Shown one piece after another: positions 1 through 55,863 of a stretch of DNA of 64,000 nt; positions within the stretch are counted from its first letter, which is position 1, and every line of letters begins with the position of its first letter. This DNA is from Lingula anatina (taxonomy: Eukaryota > Animalia > Brachiopoda), in the NCBI GenBank assembly GCA_051362555.1, contig CM120645.1, positions 23,650,934 to 23,714,933 on the forward strand, written 5' to 3'. The notes beneath the pieces are model-generated. The model did no database searches. It was not told where the DNA came from and was given only the letters and a program-made list of their open reading frames with translations. The position numbers and the translations under genes are program-made.

Positions 1-668
1 CAACTTAGAGAGAACCCCTTGGAGATGGATCGATCCTGTTAGATCGATCTAGGTATAGGAACCCAGTCTCAGATTGTCCTATGAAACAGATATGCTTCTT
101 TTTTATGAACATGTACTAGTAAGAATTTCTTTCCTTGCTGTCACGTCCCTGGCAGTAACAGCAGCATGGGAGGCATCATTTGCCTCAATAAGTATGATTA
201 CACACGATGTGTGCTTAAACTACTATCAAAAGGTTACACGGGATTTCTGTGCGTTTTCACAATCGCCTTGACTCACTCCAGTATGAATCAACTCTCTCTA
301 ATCAATGATATTAATTCAACCAGGCTGATGTAATGCAATTCTTTTTTTTTTTTTTTTTTCTTTTTTTCTGGGGCCCTTGTTAATGAGTTGAGTGGTAAAC
401 GTGATAGGGCTTAACTGTGTCTGCTTTTTCAGAGAAAGAATAAAGGTCGTATCAGCGTAAGACCAGTAAATGGAAAGTGTATAGTTTTAAGATAAGCAGG
501 TAGTGTAAGGTGGGGCCTACAGGTGAATACTGTTTACAGGGAGATGCTATGGATACAGTTAGGTGTACTAGTATACAGGTGGGGGGAGCAGTTACCTACC
601 AGGAGAATTTCCTTCAAGACATGGGGAGGGGGGGGGGATCTGTACACATAACATTTTTAGCGCAACAG

Positions 669-778
669 TTTGTCCAAACTTTTGGCCTCAAATATTGGTC
701 TAAACTTTTAGACCCATAAATTTGGTCCAAACATACAGACTCAAAATTTGGTCCAAACTTTTAGACTCAAAATTTGGT
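669..778. repeat. 26-bp minisatellite, about 4.3 degenerate copies (consensus TTTGGTCCAAACTTTTAGACTCAAAA)
   Basis: Units start at 669, 695, 721, 747 and 773, a 26-bp period. Confidence 0.85.
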
Positions 779-2271
779 ATACTTCAGTTCAATATAATTC
801 AGCAGTTAATATTAGTCTAAAGCAGCCACACCTCTTCTGTTATCAAATAGGCAGAGTTTTTCACTCCAAATGGACCCCTGTCCATTTATCTTGTGTCATG
901 GTTGAAGTTTAGACCAGTTTCCATGGAAACAGCTCTTCTGTGAATTAGCCTGACCTTCTTATCCTCTTCCCTCGCCTGTCATTTTTATCTACCTTTTCTC
1001 ACCTGTGCTTTGTTTATCTACCTGTTTTCACCTAGACTTTGTTTATCTTTTCTTAATGTATCTTCACACTTTGCATGTCCCAATACACTTCCATATCACG
1101 GCAGCATTGAGTATTTATTTTCAACATTATTTTCACAAAGTTTCTGTCTTAAGATATTGGATGGTTTGGTTTGTTTTGCTTGGCAATCTTGGAGCTAATT
1201 TTCTGCTGACCATAACATGTCATCTGTGCAATATATGTTAAAATATTAATCTTAATTACACATGCTGGGCTCTTGCATACCTCATTAGTTTTCTTTTTTT
1301 TTCCATATGTATCCCAGGACTCTAATTATGACCATCGCAATAAACTGAGTGTGATATGTGTGAATACTGAGTTAAAGACAAGTGTACAATCATGTCACTG
1401 TAAACAGACACTTGAATCCCACCACAAGCATGCAGGATTTAGAAAATCATGACAAGAGAAACGACTGCATGTTTTTTTTTTTTTTTCCTTCACGGTTATC
1501 AAACGCTGACAAAGCCCCTGGTTTGTGTGGTTTGTGTGGAGTTATTCTTCTCTACAATTACCTCCCGTCTCTTAACTGCTGTGAATCATAGGCTCAAATA
1601 TCATTTCAATCTCTCCCCCCCACATGTCACGAAACTGTGCTTTTTCTTCTGATCTATACTGTATCAAGTTACTGCTGGGGGTGGGATCAAATGGATGAGT
1701 TAGGGGTGGGAGGATTTCAAGGAGGGGGGGAGTGTACCCCCCCAAACTGCAATGGCAATTCAAGAAGATGGCCTTGTAAGTAGCATTCCCATTTATCCTT
1801 CAAAAAATGCAGATGCTTTAACCCTTGCGTCAAGTACTATAACTAAAGCCACTTAAAGAAGCAAGTTGACTGTAAAAAAAGTATTTGGCTCTGAAAGGAA
1901 CTGAATAAAGTGTCCTCTTTCAGTATGGAGTACAACCAGTTTACCTGAGCAGCAAGGTGTTTCCTAGCAGCAGGGGGGAGGGGGGAGATGGGCCAGAAAA
2001 TACAAATGTCACTGTTAAGTGGCAGGCTCAGAGCTCAGTGTAGATAATGCCTTTATACCGACCTATTGTGACTGTTGTCAATTTATTCACTAGTCTGGGT
2101 GAAAAAAGGCAGGCAGTTTTCAATCAGGTAAATTTTCTCAAATGAAAGGAGAGCTACATCAAACCATATTGCTTTTTATGTCTTTACTTTTCTACTTTAA
2201 TAAGATAGGAAATGAAAGCAGGTATTTCCTTCCAACATCATCTAGTCAGACAGGTAGGAGAAATGGCTCAC

Positions 2272-2318
2272 CTGACCCGAGAATCCAAAATTTCCCGGAT
2301 TTCAGCAATGATACGCAT
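2272..2318 (-). CDS. Candidate alternative first coding exon of the CaMKI-like gene (MRIIAEIREILDSRV+AG)
   Basis: ATG at 2318, 15 open codons plus 2 nt, then a strong donor CAG|GTGAGC. It ends in phase 2, the same phase as exon 7427-7509. A tttag| acceptor lies 3 nt upstream of the ATG. No transcript evidence. Confidence 0.35.
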
Positions 2319-3192
2319 CACCTAAAGAATTTATTTCAGCTTACATAATGAATTCCTCACTGGTGAGGAGAAGACGGAGAAGCTGAGTCTACGCCATTCC
2401 CTTTTTTTTTTAATTACATAACTTTGAAAAACCATAAAAAGAAGCAATAAGTTAAAATGTCAAAAATTCTCAACAAATTTAGCAAAGTTCTGAAGTTTTC
2501 AGTGTACTTAGGCATTTTAAATGTCACTTCTTTCTTCTTTTCCAATATGATTTAAGTGAACACAGATAGTTATCTTAGTCCCACTACCCCAGTGTACAGA
2601 AAAAATCCTCCCAAGACTCCTGTGAGTTGATTACAACCAAATTGAAAACCGAGAGAGAGGTGGGCGTAGGATTACAGCAGCAACAGCCTCCAATGTCTAT
2701 TGGGGAATACCTGCCTTATCAGGAAAAGCCTGCAACTGAGACAAAAAATGTCAGTAATATTGGGCTCAAACTCTAAGCAGATGCTTGAAAATAGTTTTTT
2801 TAAAGAAGAACAGTTACCTCATGCAGGCCAAGGTTTCGGTAGCTCTGGTAGTAGCTTCAAAACTGATCCAACACCTGCATCTAGTCTGCCATGGCAGCGA
2901 GGAGCTTTTTTCATCCCCCCCCTCCCCCCTATCAACCTTTTATCCCGATTTTGTTGAAATACATGGAGAGATAATGGCAAACATAGCTGAATGTTACCGA
3001 GCCTCAACCTGATCAAAATATTGATCAATATTCATCAGTTTGTTAAGCACAGGCTTGGATGTAATTCCATTTCTCATAAGTTCGGCCACCACTACGTGGG
3101 CACAATATGCATGGCGCATTTAGTTCCAGACTGAGACAAGCAAACAGCTTTATTATCTTTTCTTTGTCCCCGACTGTATGCAACACATGATG

Positions 3193-3336
3193 TACTGTAA
3201 AAACTTGAAAATTTAGTTGGTCTTGAAAATTTTATCAGAAGACAATGCTCCAATGGCATAATTGTTTTCACTATGAAAATGCATTTTAAAATTTTAATTG
3301 TTTTTTAAGTGAAGAAATTTTCAAGTTTTTACCCTA
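3193..3336. mobile_element. MITE-like element of about 140 bp with terminal inverted repeats and TA flanks
   Basis: GTAAAAACTTGAAAATTT (3197-3214) is the exact reverse complement of 3315-3332. TA dinucleotides flank both ends (3193-3194, 3335-3336), as expected for Tc1/mariner-derived MITEs. Confidence 0.55.
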
Positions 3337-4702
3337 CTGTGGTCTATATGAAATGACAGCAGTTTTCAAGCTAGTTGAAGATGGGAAACTGCACTTAATC
3401 AATTTCTTATTAGACTTGTGGAAATAATGACATCATAATGACAGCAATTAACCTGACCTACATTAAACACTTCTAGATTCATAGTGCTGTCATTCTTGTC
3501 ATGCTTTCTTTAGACCAGGTGTATCTCTATCATGAGCCAAGTAATTGCTTACAGAAAGATTTCTTTCATGTTAACTGTACAGTAGACAGCCATAAAAAGA
3601 ATAAGAGTATGACAACACAATCCAAGGACATGTCATAGCACATCAATTTCTAGACATTAGTCTATTCTGGACATGGTATAACTTGTATCAGCTGTCCTAC
3701 AATGGTCAGCTCCCTCCTAGTGTTAACATATATAAACAGAGCACTGTATTTTCCGTATTATAAACAAAACCTCCAGGTTTGAGATAAGACAATGTCAAGA
3801 TGGCCTTGAGCAATGGGACATGACAGTGTACCCCTTATCATGTCAAACTATGACATGTTGATGACACCCCACAGAAAATGATAAGTCTAGCTGGATAAAA
3901 GGCATGGAGGCTGCGCCAAAAACTGCCCTTTTTCACTGAATGACTTCAGATCAACTTTAGAATAAAAAATTATAGCCACTGTCAACACTTATTACATGTA
4001 TGACACAGAAGGTCACAGTCACAGGGTTTTACATGTACCACACACAGTAGCTGCAGTCTCTGATGGGAATCGCAATATGTTTAGCTGTACACAATGATTA
4101 AGCAAACTCCATAATCACACACACACCAGCAGTCCTTACTTCACTGACCAATATACAATGACTCAAGAGGTTTACATCACATAGGCTTTTCACAGCACTG
4201 TCAACTGTTTTACCAACTAAGTGCTTTTCAGCACCCAGTTTTTACCTCTGTATGTTAAGCTGTATCACTGTTTAAGGTCCCATTCATTACCAGTTGATCC
4301 AAGAACTAACAAATCCATGGATCAAATACGGCCAACCCACTCGAAACTTGTCGCATGGTCCCCTAACAGAAACTGAATAGATTCCAAGTAAAGTTTACGC
4401 AGCAAGCCTTTAAGTGGATTGGCCATATCTGATCCAAAGATCTGTTATTCCGCGGATCAAACTTGGTTGTGAATGTGACTTAAGTCATCCCTGATGCCCA
4501 GTGTCAGCGTAAGCAGACAGACTAATTGTATTGGTGGTCACAAATGTAAAATTCAGCAGTCACTGCATCAACAAGTCCATAGTGAAAACCACACACTGGC
4601 AACAATGGCCGGGGCCCAATCAATGAAAACCTCAACTGGAAGGTCAAAACACGCCTCGAATGATTTTCATTCCAGTCACTTTAACATGGCTTATCAGGTG
4701 GA

Positions 4703-4734
<32 letters not shown>

Positions 4735-7426
4735 GGGATCTTTTTTATCCCCAGAGCTAACAGGGATGTAGTGCTTCATGTTAAGAAAACATTTTAACAA
4801 TGGCTAAATTAGACTGAATTCGCTGAAGAAACATTTCCTTTTTCTCCTCTTTTAGTTATCTACTTATTTCTTAATTTATCGATATATCTATCATAATTTG
4901 TTTATTTATTAAGGAATTTTTGTATTATGAATAAAGTTTATTTGTTATAAAACCATCATTATGTCTCATTACTTAACACTTGGCATTATATTTATATACA
5001 ATGATAAAACATAAGTATCTAAAGCAAATAAATTCCGTAGACCTGTCTGCGCCGATATTTCAGACCAAGCTGCCCAACATATCTCAGCCCCAAGATATCT
5101 AATTTGAAATCATTAATTCAAATACGCCAGGCCCAGTGGGGAGAAGTAATATCAATACCCAGCTGTTTGCTGGCGTAATGCACTCACTGATGGCAAAGTG
5201 CACTGACACCATCCTAATCCAATCATAGACCATACTAGAGTTAACTGGTCAAGTGTCCCCACAGAATGGGCAGATGGGGTGGTCAATTTGTGTCTTATGG
5301 CCATGGGGCAATTTTCTTTGTTAAAACCCACTAATAATTTGTAGTTGATATGTTATGTGATAATACAGAAACCAGGTAAAATGAATTATTTTCTGGCATA
5401 TCTTTGTTTCAGCCAAATGGCTAATTTTTTAACTCTATCAATATTGACCTGGCAGATAATCAATTGAACACATAAGACCTGTATTTTCTTTACATATGGT
5501 TGATGATCTTGAGCATTTGTTCGCCATGTAACACCCTAGTGAGTGTAAACCCAGCACCTGATGACTGGAGTTCTATGTTAACTACTGTGGCAAAGGCAAG
5601 TTTAGACAGGGAGAAGCAGTTCTACTAATCCTGCCTCCACTCTGATTGCATACAAACTTGTGATATTGTGCCTGAATCTTTTTTTCTGTTTTTTAGATTT
5701 CTGTATTCCTTTAAAGGGCACATCTACAGTGTGTCAAAAATGTTTTCCAACTCAAACCGAACTTATAAGTACATTTATATAATCAAGCTGCCTCGTTTGC
5801 TTTGTTTTACATACAGTATATCTGTGAAAAAATAACCTAGCAATGTAATATCCATTCACAATCAACTGTATTGTTTTGTTTCCTCACAAACAACAATTAC
5901 GATCCAGGTTCTCACCAACACCAAATTTTGCCACATGTAACCCCTCCTTGCCTCTCTGGCAACCCTCCACCACATATCATCAATATGTTATCTGTATAGA
6001 TTCCTGGCACTCTTATTTTAGCAACATTTGCCATCAATACACACATATTCTAAGATAGCCAGTGACATGCCAGACAGACGCCGCAAAGTTTACAGCCGGG
6101 ACATTCTTGTCTTTCTCAAATCTCGAAAAAATCACGGACAATCATTTGACAATTTATGTCTTAGCTTAGATACAGGTGCATTGTTTTCTTTTTTAATTTT
6201 CTCTTTCCTAGGAGGTGGGGGGGGGGCAGATTAACATTATTCTATATGTCTAACAATAACTGCTGTGTATTCATGTAGAATGTAAAATCAATTATACATA
6301 TATGTATTAATGCATACCTGCATTTCATCTAATTATGCAAATGTCTCGACGCAATTAATCTACGACATCAATTCTCTTAGCCTGTAGCTGTTTATATCCT
6401 GTTACACATCTTTTGTTAATGGTCATTTTAATATTATTTTCCCAACATGAAAGATGCCTGTCACAAATGGGTTTTCTGGTTCTTTTTACACAGAACCTGT
6501 GTCTGTCTGCCATCATTTTCCATATTTCTTGCTGGGCACTCCATATGTATATGTAATACAATGGTATACCACAGATCCTGATTTGAAAAATAACAGAATC
6601 AGAGCAGAAGTGTGTGTTGATAAGCCGATAAGAAATATGAGCTTGATCGTTTCCTTGAAAGCACGAAACTTATTTTTTGCCTTGCTGCAAATAATTACAA
6701 CTGCTAAAGTTAAGTAATGAGCACATGATATAATAAAGGGTAGGTACTGATCTTGTATATCACAGGACAATATTGGCATAGTACGATTACATATAATTTC
6801 TACCTTGCATTACAACCTCAGCTTATATGCATGGCGACCGAAAACCATATAATTTCACTGATGCATTGTTAGGGAGTTGGGAATCTATCCACAAACACAC
6901 AGTCTAATCATAACCAAACATCAAACCATATATCTTACACGAATGACAACTGCCCCCCCAAATTACACCAATGGCAATGGCAGATGTTGATAAAAAGAGG
7001 GAAAGGATTTGCCTACTTCTACTACTAGTATATACCTATTACTTGGTGTGTGCAATACATGACGAATGCAAACAGCACTAATGTTGTTTTTAAGTCGCTG
7101 GTTAGAAGTAAGTGAGTTAATGACAAATGTGTCTCGTTTTTAGCCTGAAGTCCATTGATATTGTATTAAGTAACATACATATTACATTTCTATATTATTT
7201 ACCACACAGTTCATTTCACATCATAACATCCACGAGTAACTCCTCAAAAAGAGACAGTAGTGCAACATTCCACCTCTGCTTCACAGACAGACCTAGCAGA
7301 TAATTAGTTTCGTGTGGAACTGCGTGACATGTACGAAGACAACAAATGGTCATTTTCGGCCTGCGACTGTGTCACTGACAGACGGCTTGCAAAATTTTTC
7401 TCTCCTCATTTTGGGTTTTTACTTAC

Positions 7427-7509
7427 GTTCCCAGCACTTCATCCTCCTTCAGCTCGTACTTAGCTCCTATACACTTGTGCTTTTCACTCTTTTTCCCAAA
7501 GAGTGGCAT
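7427..7509 (-). CDS. CAMK1: First coding exon of a calcium/calmodulin-dependent protein kinase I-like gene; the remainder lies left of the window
   Basis: Translates MPLFGKKSEKHKCIGAKYELKEDEVLG(T)|gtaagt. The MPLF start and the KY....VLGT lead-in to the Gly-rich loop match invertebrate CaMKI N-termini, with a phase-2 intron at LGT. Good Kozak context (accATG). An acceptor ttttag| opens the exon at 7525, so upstream UTR exons are possible. Too short to appear in the ORF track. Confidence 0.75.
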
Positions 7510-7633
7510 GGTCGATTAGTAAGTCCTAAAACAGCAGTTTAAATCACATAAAATCCAGCTATTTTCTTTCCGCATGCATATGGCTATTACACGACGAGAA
7601 ATGTGTTCTCTCTTCTGTTCGTGGGTCACGGCG

Positions 7634-7663
7634 TGACGTCACCAAAATGGTGGAGTGACCTCA
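7634..7663. promoter_or_regulatory. Full palindromic CRE (TGACGTCA, 7634-7641) plus variant TGACCTCA (7656-7663) upstream of the CaMKI-like ATG
   Basis: Exact motif match about 125 bp upstream of the start codon in locally CpG-rich sequence. Confidence 0.5.
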
Positions 7664-8874
7664 TTCGCGCCGTCTGTGTACGGTTGCCATAGAGATCCAC
7701 AGGTGCGCTTTGCATTGCATAAATGTGTTGATGTCCCGTTTTTCTCCCAGTTGCGTAATGTGATCTAACAGGCAATGAACCATAAATTGGTTTTACTGCT
7801 CTTATTGTGTGTGTTATTGATGGGCTAAAATTGTGCACTCAGCTGTTCAATATTGCGACAATGCGCCGTTCTCGCATCACAACAAACAGAATGAGGGAGA
7901 AAGAAAAGAGGTGATGTTGACGGTCGGAAAGTTGACACTTTGTTTTGTTGTTAATACCGATACATATGTAAACTTCATTTTCGCCAAGTGACTTATGACA
8001 GAGAAAATTAATAAGACAAGACTGGTTTACATGTAGGCCCATTCCTTTAGGCTGCCCTTCAGCGGTCCTTTCTGAGGCTTTTATAATGTAGTCCTGATCG
8101 GGCCTCCTGGTTTTAGGTCTACTTGTACGTAGGGCTCCTACGACGATTACATTAGGCCTACATGTAGGTCTACTTATTTTCCCCAGAACTGTTTTCCTCT
8201 CTTTTTCTGACCTCTGTCCTCAATGCTTTCTCAATAATCCTAGGTCTATTTCAAAAGACCGATCAATTATAAAAGATCAAAAGGAGGACATGGGGTGCGA
8301 GGCCTCTATTGTAGGGAGTTCCATCACGTTTTTGATATTTTTCTCGCTTTTCTCATTCATTCAAAAGAAGGTTGCAAACATGTTTAGCAGATTAAATTTA
8401 GATTTTATTTTGTTCAAAATCCCCTGTCATAGAATTCGGTGCTACACCCTGAATCGCGATGCGTTTGCTCAGTTTTTAAAATAAATCATACTTTTAAGTA
8501 TGAATATTTGGTTATTTCTCTTCTTAAAAAATGAAAAATGCAGGCATAGGCCCATTTGACTGACGAGTTCGTGTCCAGGGTGTTTTTTACACAAATTAAT
8601 ACGCCAAGATTTCAGGGTGGTCAATCTCGCAAAATGTGCTACAATTTATGTGTAGGGTAATAAGGTCAGTAGAAAATGCGAGCAGCTCTCCATGTCTTGG
8701 GATGTCGAATGCTCCACAGTAATTCCATCGTGCCGTAGCTGGCAAGCATAATTGATATCTACCGCAGTAGCGGTCTGAGGATGGTTTTGTAAAAAATTCT
8801 GCTAGATTTTGTTTTTCCCCAACCCTGTGTGTTTGACCATGCACAAGAAATACGGGCCACAACAATGGGATATC

Positions 8875-8876
<2 letters not shown>

Positions 8877-8907
<31 letters not shown>
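8877..8907. repeat. Poly-G homopolymer (G31)
   Basis: Direct reading. Confidence 0.9.
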
Positions 8908-8908
<1 letters not shown>

Positions 8909-10698
8909 GCCTTTTCTCAGTCGTATTTTGATTATGTGTACCATACCGATTTTAGTATTTTTTTCTCTTTTAAGAAGAGCAAGGCGTAAGTTTCCTATAA
9001 TCTAGGACATAATATACAGTATGTATGTTGGGTCTTAATTAGAACCGCACGTTGGTTTTTCCAAAAAGGAATAAAGACTGGACATCAAGGACACACACAT
9101 GACAACGATATATGTTATTTGGCGCTTAGAAATATTCTTGCCAACTGTCACCACTGCGTCGCGCGCTGTCATATGAATGGTATGAAACGCCGGCGATGAT
9201 CTGGTTTTTGAAATGTCAGCGGAGATGCTAGATGCTTTCGCTGTAGTTTCAAATACCTTTTTTTCACATATTGTTTCCTTTGTCTTTGTTTTACGGACAT
9301 GCAGATATCCGGTCAGTTTTAAGTGTATGCAAAACTCACTTTTGTCTTAACATATTGTTTTTTTGTAGAGTTGTTGGTGACGGGTTGTAGTTGTTATGAT
9401 GTCATCAAGCTTGATTTCAAATCTATCATTGCATGTATTCTAACTGTTCACTCTCCATTCTACATGGTTTTAAATCACCTCTTTTTTGTCCCTCCGCAAA
9501 AACATTTAACACCTACGAAATACTGGACAATTATATTTACCAAAATATACTAAATCATTTATGAGAGAGAATGAAAGTTTGCAGTCAGCATGGAGCTTTT
9601 AGGCCTACTACATCCGCTATATTAGTTCAAAGAGTGTTTTACTGTCTTAGTTGATCAAAGTACATCATCGTTCTGGAAGTGACAAATTTCATTAAAAGGT
9701 AATATATACAGCATAGGTAATCTATCACAAGGACTTCAAAATAACCAAATTACATTTTCAATCGTGCACAAATGAACAGGGACTCTATTAGCTAAAGAAG
9801 AATTATTTAAGCGGACAAGAATGTGCCCTTTTATATACCTTGGCGAGAGAGTTAAAAAGTGCGCGTGACAGCGACATGGCGGGGACGTCATATGGTCACA
9901 GCGACCTGTGACAGCGTTCCTGATGTGTGAGGGATGCCAGAGTGACCGGTGTCATGTCGGAGAAAAAAAACGCAACAACAAACAGTACTTCACCTGGCCA
10001 CAGCTGTAGGCGAGTTTCATCCAATCGTTCACGCAGCTCATGGGAAGAGTTTTCTTCTTATTGCACTTGCACTTTAGTTTCTTTTTTAAAAATTAGTTTT
10101 AAATAGTTAATTTCAGAATAAAAAGTGAAAATTGGGAATGCCAATGAGTGGCTGCTGGGACTGTAAATATACACAAAGAGGCTGCTAAAAATTATGTAAT
10201 AACTGATGCCGTGCTGCAGGCCATTTGCGTGCGACAAAATAATGGAAAATCGAAATTTCCACAAAAGTTTATCAGTGTTCCTCGAACATATTACCCGGCG
10301 TTTATTTTGCACTTAAAATACCTTAAAAATTATTATATAGATTTTCAAAAACAATTTCTTCTTGTCAAGTTCTCGGACCCAACGTGTATAATGGGTGCAG
10401 GACTTGTTCAAGTTATGCTCGTTAGAATGCATTTTTTAACCACATCAAATGGAGTTTGACATTATGATTACGCATAATCTTCGTGTGAACTAGCGTGTTA
10501 CTTGAACATAACAGACGAAGCAAAAGTTTCAACAAATTTAAAGTTATGTAAAAGCAGTAAAAATAGCAACGATGTGCAGAGCACCGCACTCCCTGTCGTC
10601 TCTCTCCTCCCGCACCAATGCTTGCAGGGGAAGTGTTGGAGGAAGTGAACATGGCGTATGAACTATGGAAGACTGCGCGCCGTGCCTGAACAGGAAGG

Positions 10699-10702
<4 letters not shown>

Positions 10703-10729
<27 letters not shown>
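10703..10729. repeat. (GA)n microsatellite within a purine-rich tract
   Basis: Direct reading. Confidence 0.9.
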
Positions 10730-11998
10730 CAAGCGAGAGGGGAGGCGGGGAGAGAGAGGGGGGAGGCAGGATTTCCGGGACTATCTGAGCTCATAAGGGA
10801 CAATTAATATCGAATTCTCATGGCAAATACCCATAATGTTAGCAACTTTCTGCTCCTCTCAGTCCTTACGTTACCAGATGTTATTTTCGTGGCAATAACA
10901 CGGCGAGTATTAGAGTTGCACATTTTGGACAAAAATAGTGAATAAAAAACAAAACTATTGCAAAACAACTCAAATGACGCCCGCGAAAATTGCAGTAACA
11001 ACCAAAACAGGCTGAATCACTGTAGATAATGCTCCAAAGATAAACTTCAGCGTGACTCGCCATGAATAGTCCCGATTAAGACAAAATCCAAGGTATCAAA
11101 TGATTGATTCTATGTAAAAACCAGGAGGTGGGAGTAAATCCCACACAGTAATGATAAATGCGGCCCCTGGATGAATTAATGAATAAAGCTACAAAGATAA
11201 ATCATATTCATATTGTGCGGAGTCGTTCAATCCTGCCTGAGAAGCTGTCTGACAAAAACGTCAATATTTCGCGATTATGCCATCAACAAAACGCAATAAT
11301 TAAATAGTTTTTCTGGCACAGGTCGACCTAGAATTAATTAGTAGGATAATAACACAGACATAGTCCGAAAACAATGGAGAGCACGAGGCGCCGATGTTGA
11401 TGTGCCTTGTTTACAATAAATATGTATTGTGTTTTCGAAATGTGTGATTGAGTCATATGGTTATAATAGCCATGTGACACATTGAAAGAAACGTCAACGT
11501 TTCACGATTCAATTATTGACCAATAACAATTAAGCCGTCACTCCCAAACGAATAATTGAAAATGAGCGACGAAATAAGAAACTGCGTAACGATATGTAAT
11601 ATTAAACTTTTCAATATGTCATATTCTACTTTGAGATCAATATTTTTGATGTTTACGTCACGATGATACACCCTTGTTGCTCTTATTGGCCATTTATGGA
11701 TAAAACTCCCATTTACAGAACCAGAATTGACGTCTTCGGTACAAAAAACAACGCCTCTGCCAACCAAGCCGATAATCTGTCGTCTTAAACATCAGACATG
11801 TCACCAGTCACTGACCCGTCGTGACCAGGTGACAGTCGTCACGTTGACATGGCGCGTGCTTGTTGTCAGGACTTGATCCAGTCGCGGTTATTATTTTCGT
11901 GACATTTTTTAACAACAGCAAAATTGTGTTAATACGGAAAAATTACAGGTAATATGGGTACAAATTGTGCCCATTTTCAGGATTGTAGGCTGTGTGCC

Positions 11999-12013
11999 TG
12001 TGTGTGTGCGTGT

Positions 12014-12044
<31 letters not shown>

Positions 12045-12049
12045 GGGGG
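11999..12049. repeat. (TG)n microsatellite fused to a poly-G run
   Basis: Direct reading. Confidence 0.9.
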
Positions 12050-12392
12050 ATCTCCCAGTCCCAGACAATCAGAAGTCTCTTGTTTTACTTTCAGTGGGCG
12101 TCTACATAAGTTCTTCTGGTGGTGCAAATGTATATACTTCCATGTATATAATACTATTCGCCTTCAACACCCCCCCCCCAAAAAAAAAAATAAGTAAATA
12201 AACAAAATAATTAAAGAAATAAAGGTGCTCATCTCAAGGGACTGCCTTGGGTCTTTTTTAAATCACGTTTCCAAAGAACATAGCGTGTGCAACAGCAGTA
12301 AACAAGTAATGGCGGCAATTTTCTTTCCACTCAATTTGTCTGATGATTAGTTCACTTATAAACAACGAAGCATGAAGGTTATTTCCATGACT

Positions 12393-13011
12393 TTTATTTA
12401 TACACAGTGTGGTGACGATGGGGCATATCAACAGAAACTGTCGTCAGAATTCCCACTGCAACCAATATCACAGTTTAATAATTATATCACACAAAATATT
12501 CATGGAAACTAAAGGACAGATGAATAGCTCCTCTGTGACCGGTCAACCACTTGTATATTTGCAATAATTTCTGTCAAAACAATCTAAACTAGCAGTTCCT
12601 GACCTTTTAGGGATAGCAAGCATACGTACATGACAGAGGGGAAAACCCCAAGACCACAGGTTGGTTAACCAGCCGTGCAGACAATTTCCGAAATCTGGCA
12701 GTGTGCCAACTTTCATACCAAAATGTGATATTTCTGTGCAATTTTCCGCTGACTCCCTTTAAAAAATCAATAAAACCTTTTGGTGACTTTACAGAATGTT
12801 AAGCAACAAAATAAGGGAGTATAGACTAATCCCTGGAATATGAATAACTGTTCATAATTAATAAATCTGAGTGGACTCCACATTCATTTTCACTGCAGTA
12901 AGGATTAGCTGGTGGGATTATATATCAATAGGATCAATGCCTTTAGAATATAGATAACCCTCATATATAATCATTAAGATCACCAACCAAAAGATCCAGA
13001 ATTACTTTATT
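12393..13011 (-). terminator. Candidate DNAH12 polyadenylation signals (AATAAA on minus at 13006-13011 and 12393-12398)
   Basis: Canonical hexamers about 0.6 and 1.2 kb downstream of the stop codon at 13594. Usage unverified. Confidence 0.45.
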
Positions 13012-13593
13012 GTGTATGTACATTTGTGTGAAAAGTGTAAAGATGTAATAAAAAATACTCCATTTTTTTACATTATTTACATGGGTGAGTTGGCATTGTA
13101 AATATATCATCTCGTAAAATGGATATTAAATTAATGTTTTAGTTAAATATTAAAGTTAAATAAAAGTACTTGGACGGAGAAAAAGTTCAATGATATTTTC
13201 AATACATGTTCACAGTGGACGGCAGATATTGGACAGATTTGCTACACTTTTACTGTCAGTAAATCTAAGATGATCATTGCCTTGTGTGAGCTGAGTGAAC
13301 GGAATACTGTTGCAAAGTCAGATCTGTGTGTGTTTCTGTACATGTTAACGACACAATCTCACAAATCTGGTTTTCTGTCACACAATGTTTTTCACACAAG
13401 GAAATCTGCGTGGTGGTGTGTTAAAATCATTAAGTCAGCAATTAACCAGGACTTCCACATGTAGCCAAAATGTGTACACATAAATAATTCTTGAACACCA
13501 CAAAAAAAGGACAATAATTAACAAAATCATAACAAAACTGAGTCCATTGTTAGAATCAGTAACATACAGATATATAAAAGTAAAACAATGAAA

Positions 13594-55863
<42,270 letters not shown>

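Noticed and set aside
2818-3028. Donor GAG|gtaact at 2818 with upstream ORF-like sequence
   Set aside because: The phase-2 frame has only a terminal ATG and the other frames stop before the donor.
8877-8907. Poly-G run as a functional G-quadruplex
   Set aside because: G/C homopolymers are scattered through the window and look like a general genome property or a slippage product.
74-13464. Short ORFs (60-103 aa) from the ORF track in the first 13.5 kb
   Set aside because: No recognisable domains or splice-consistent structure; composition is typical of AT-rich non-coding DNA.
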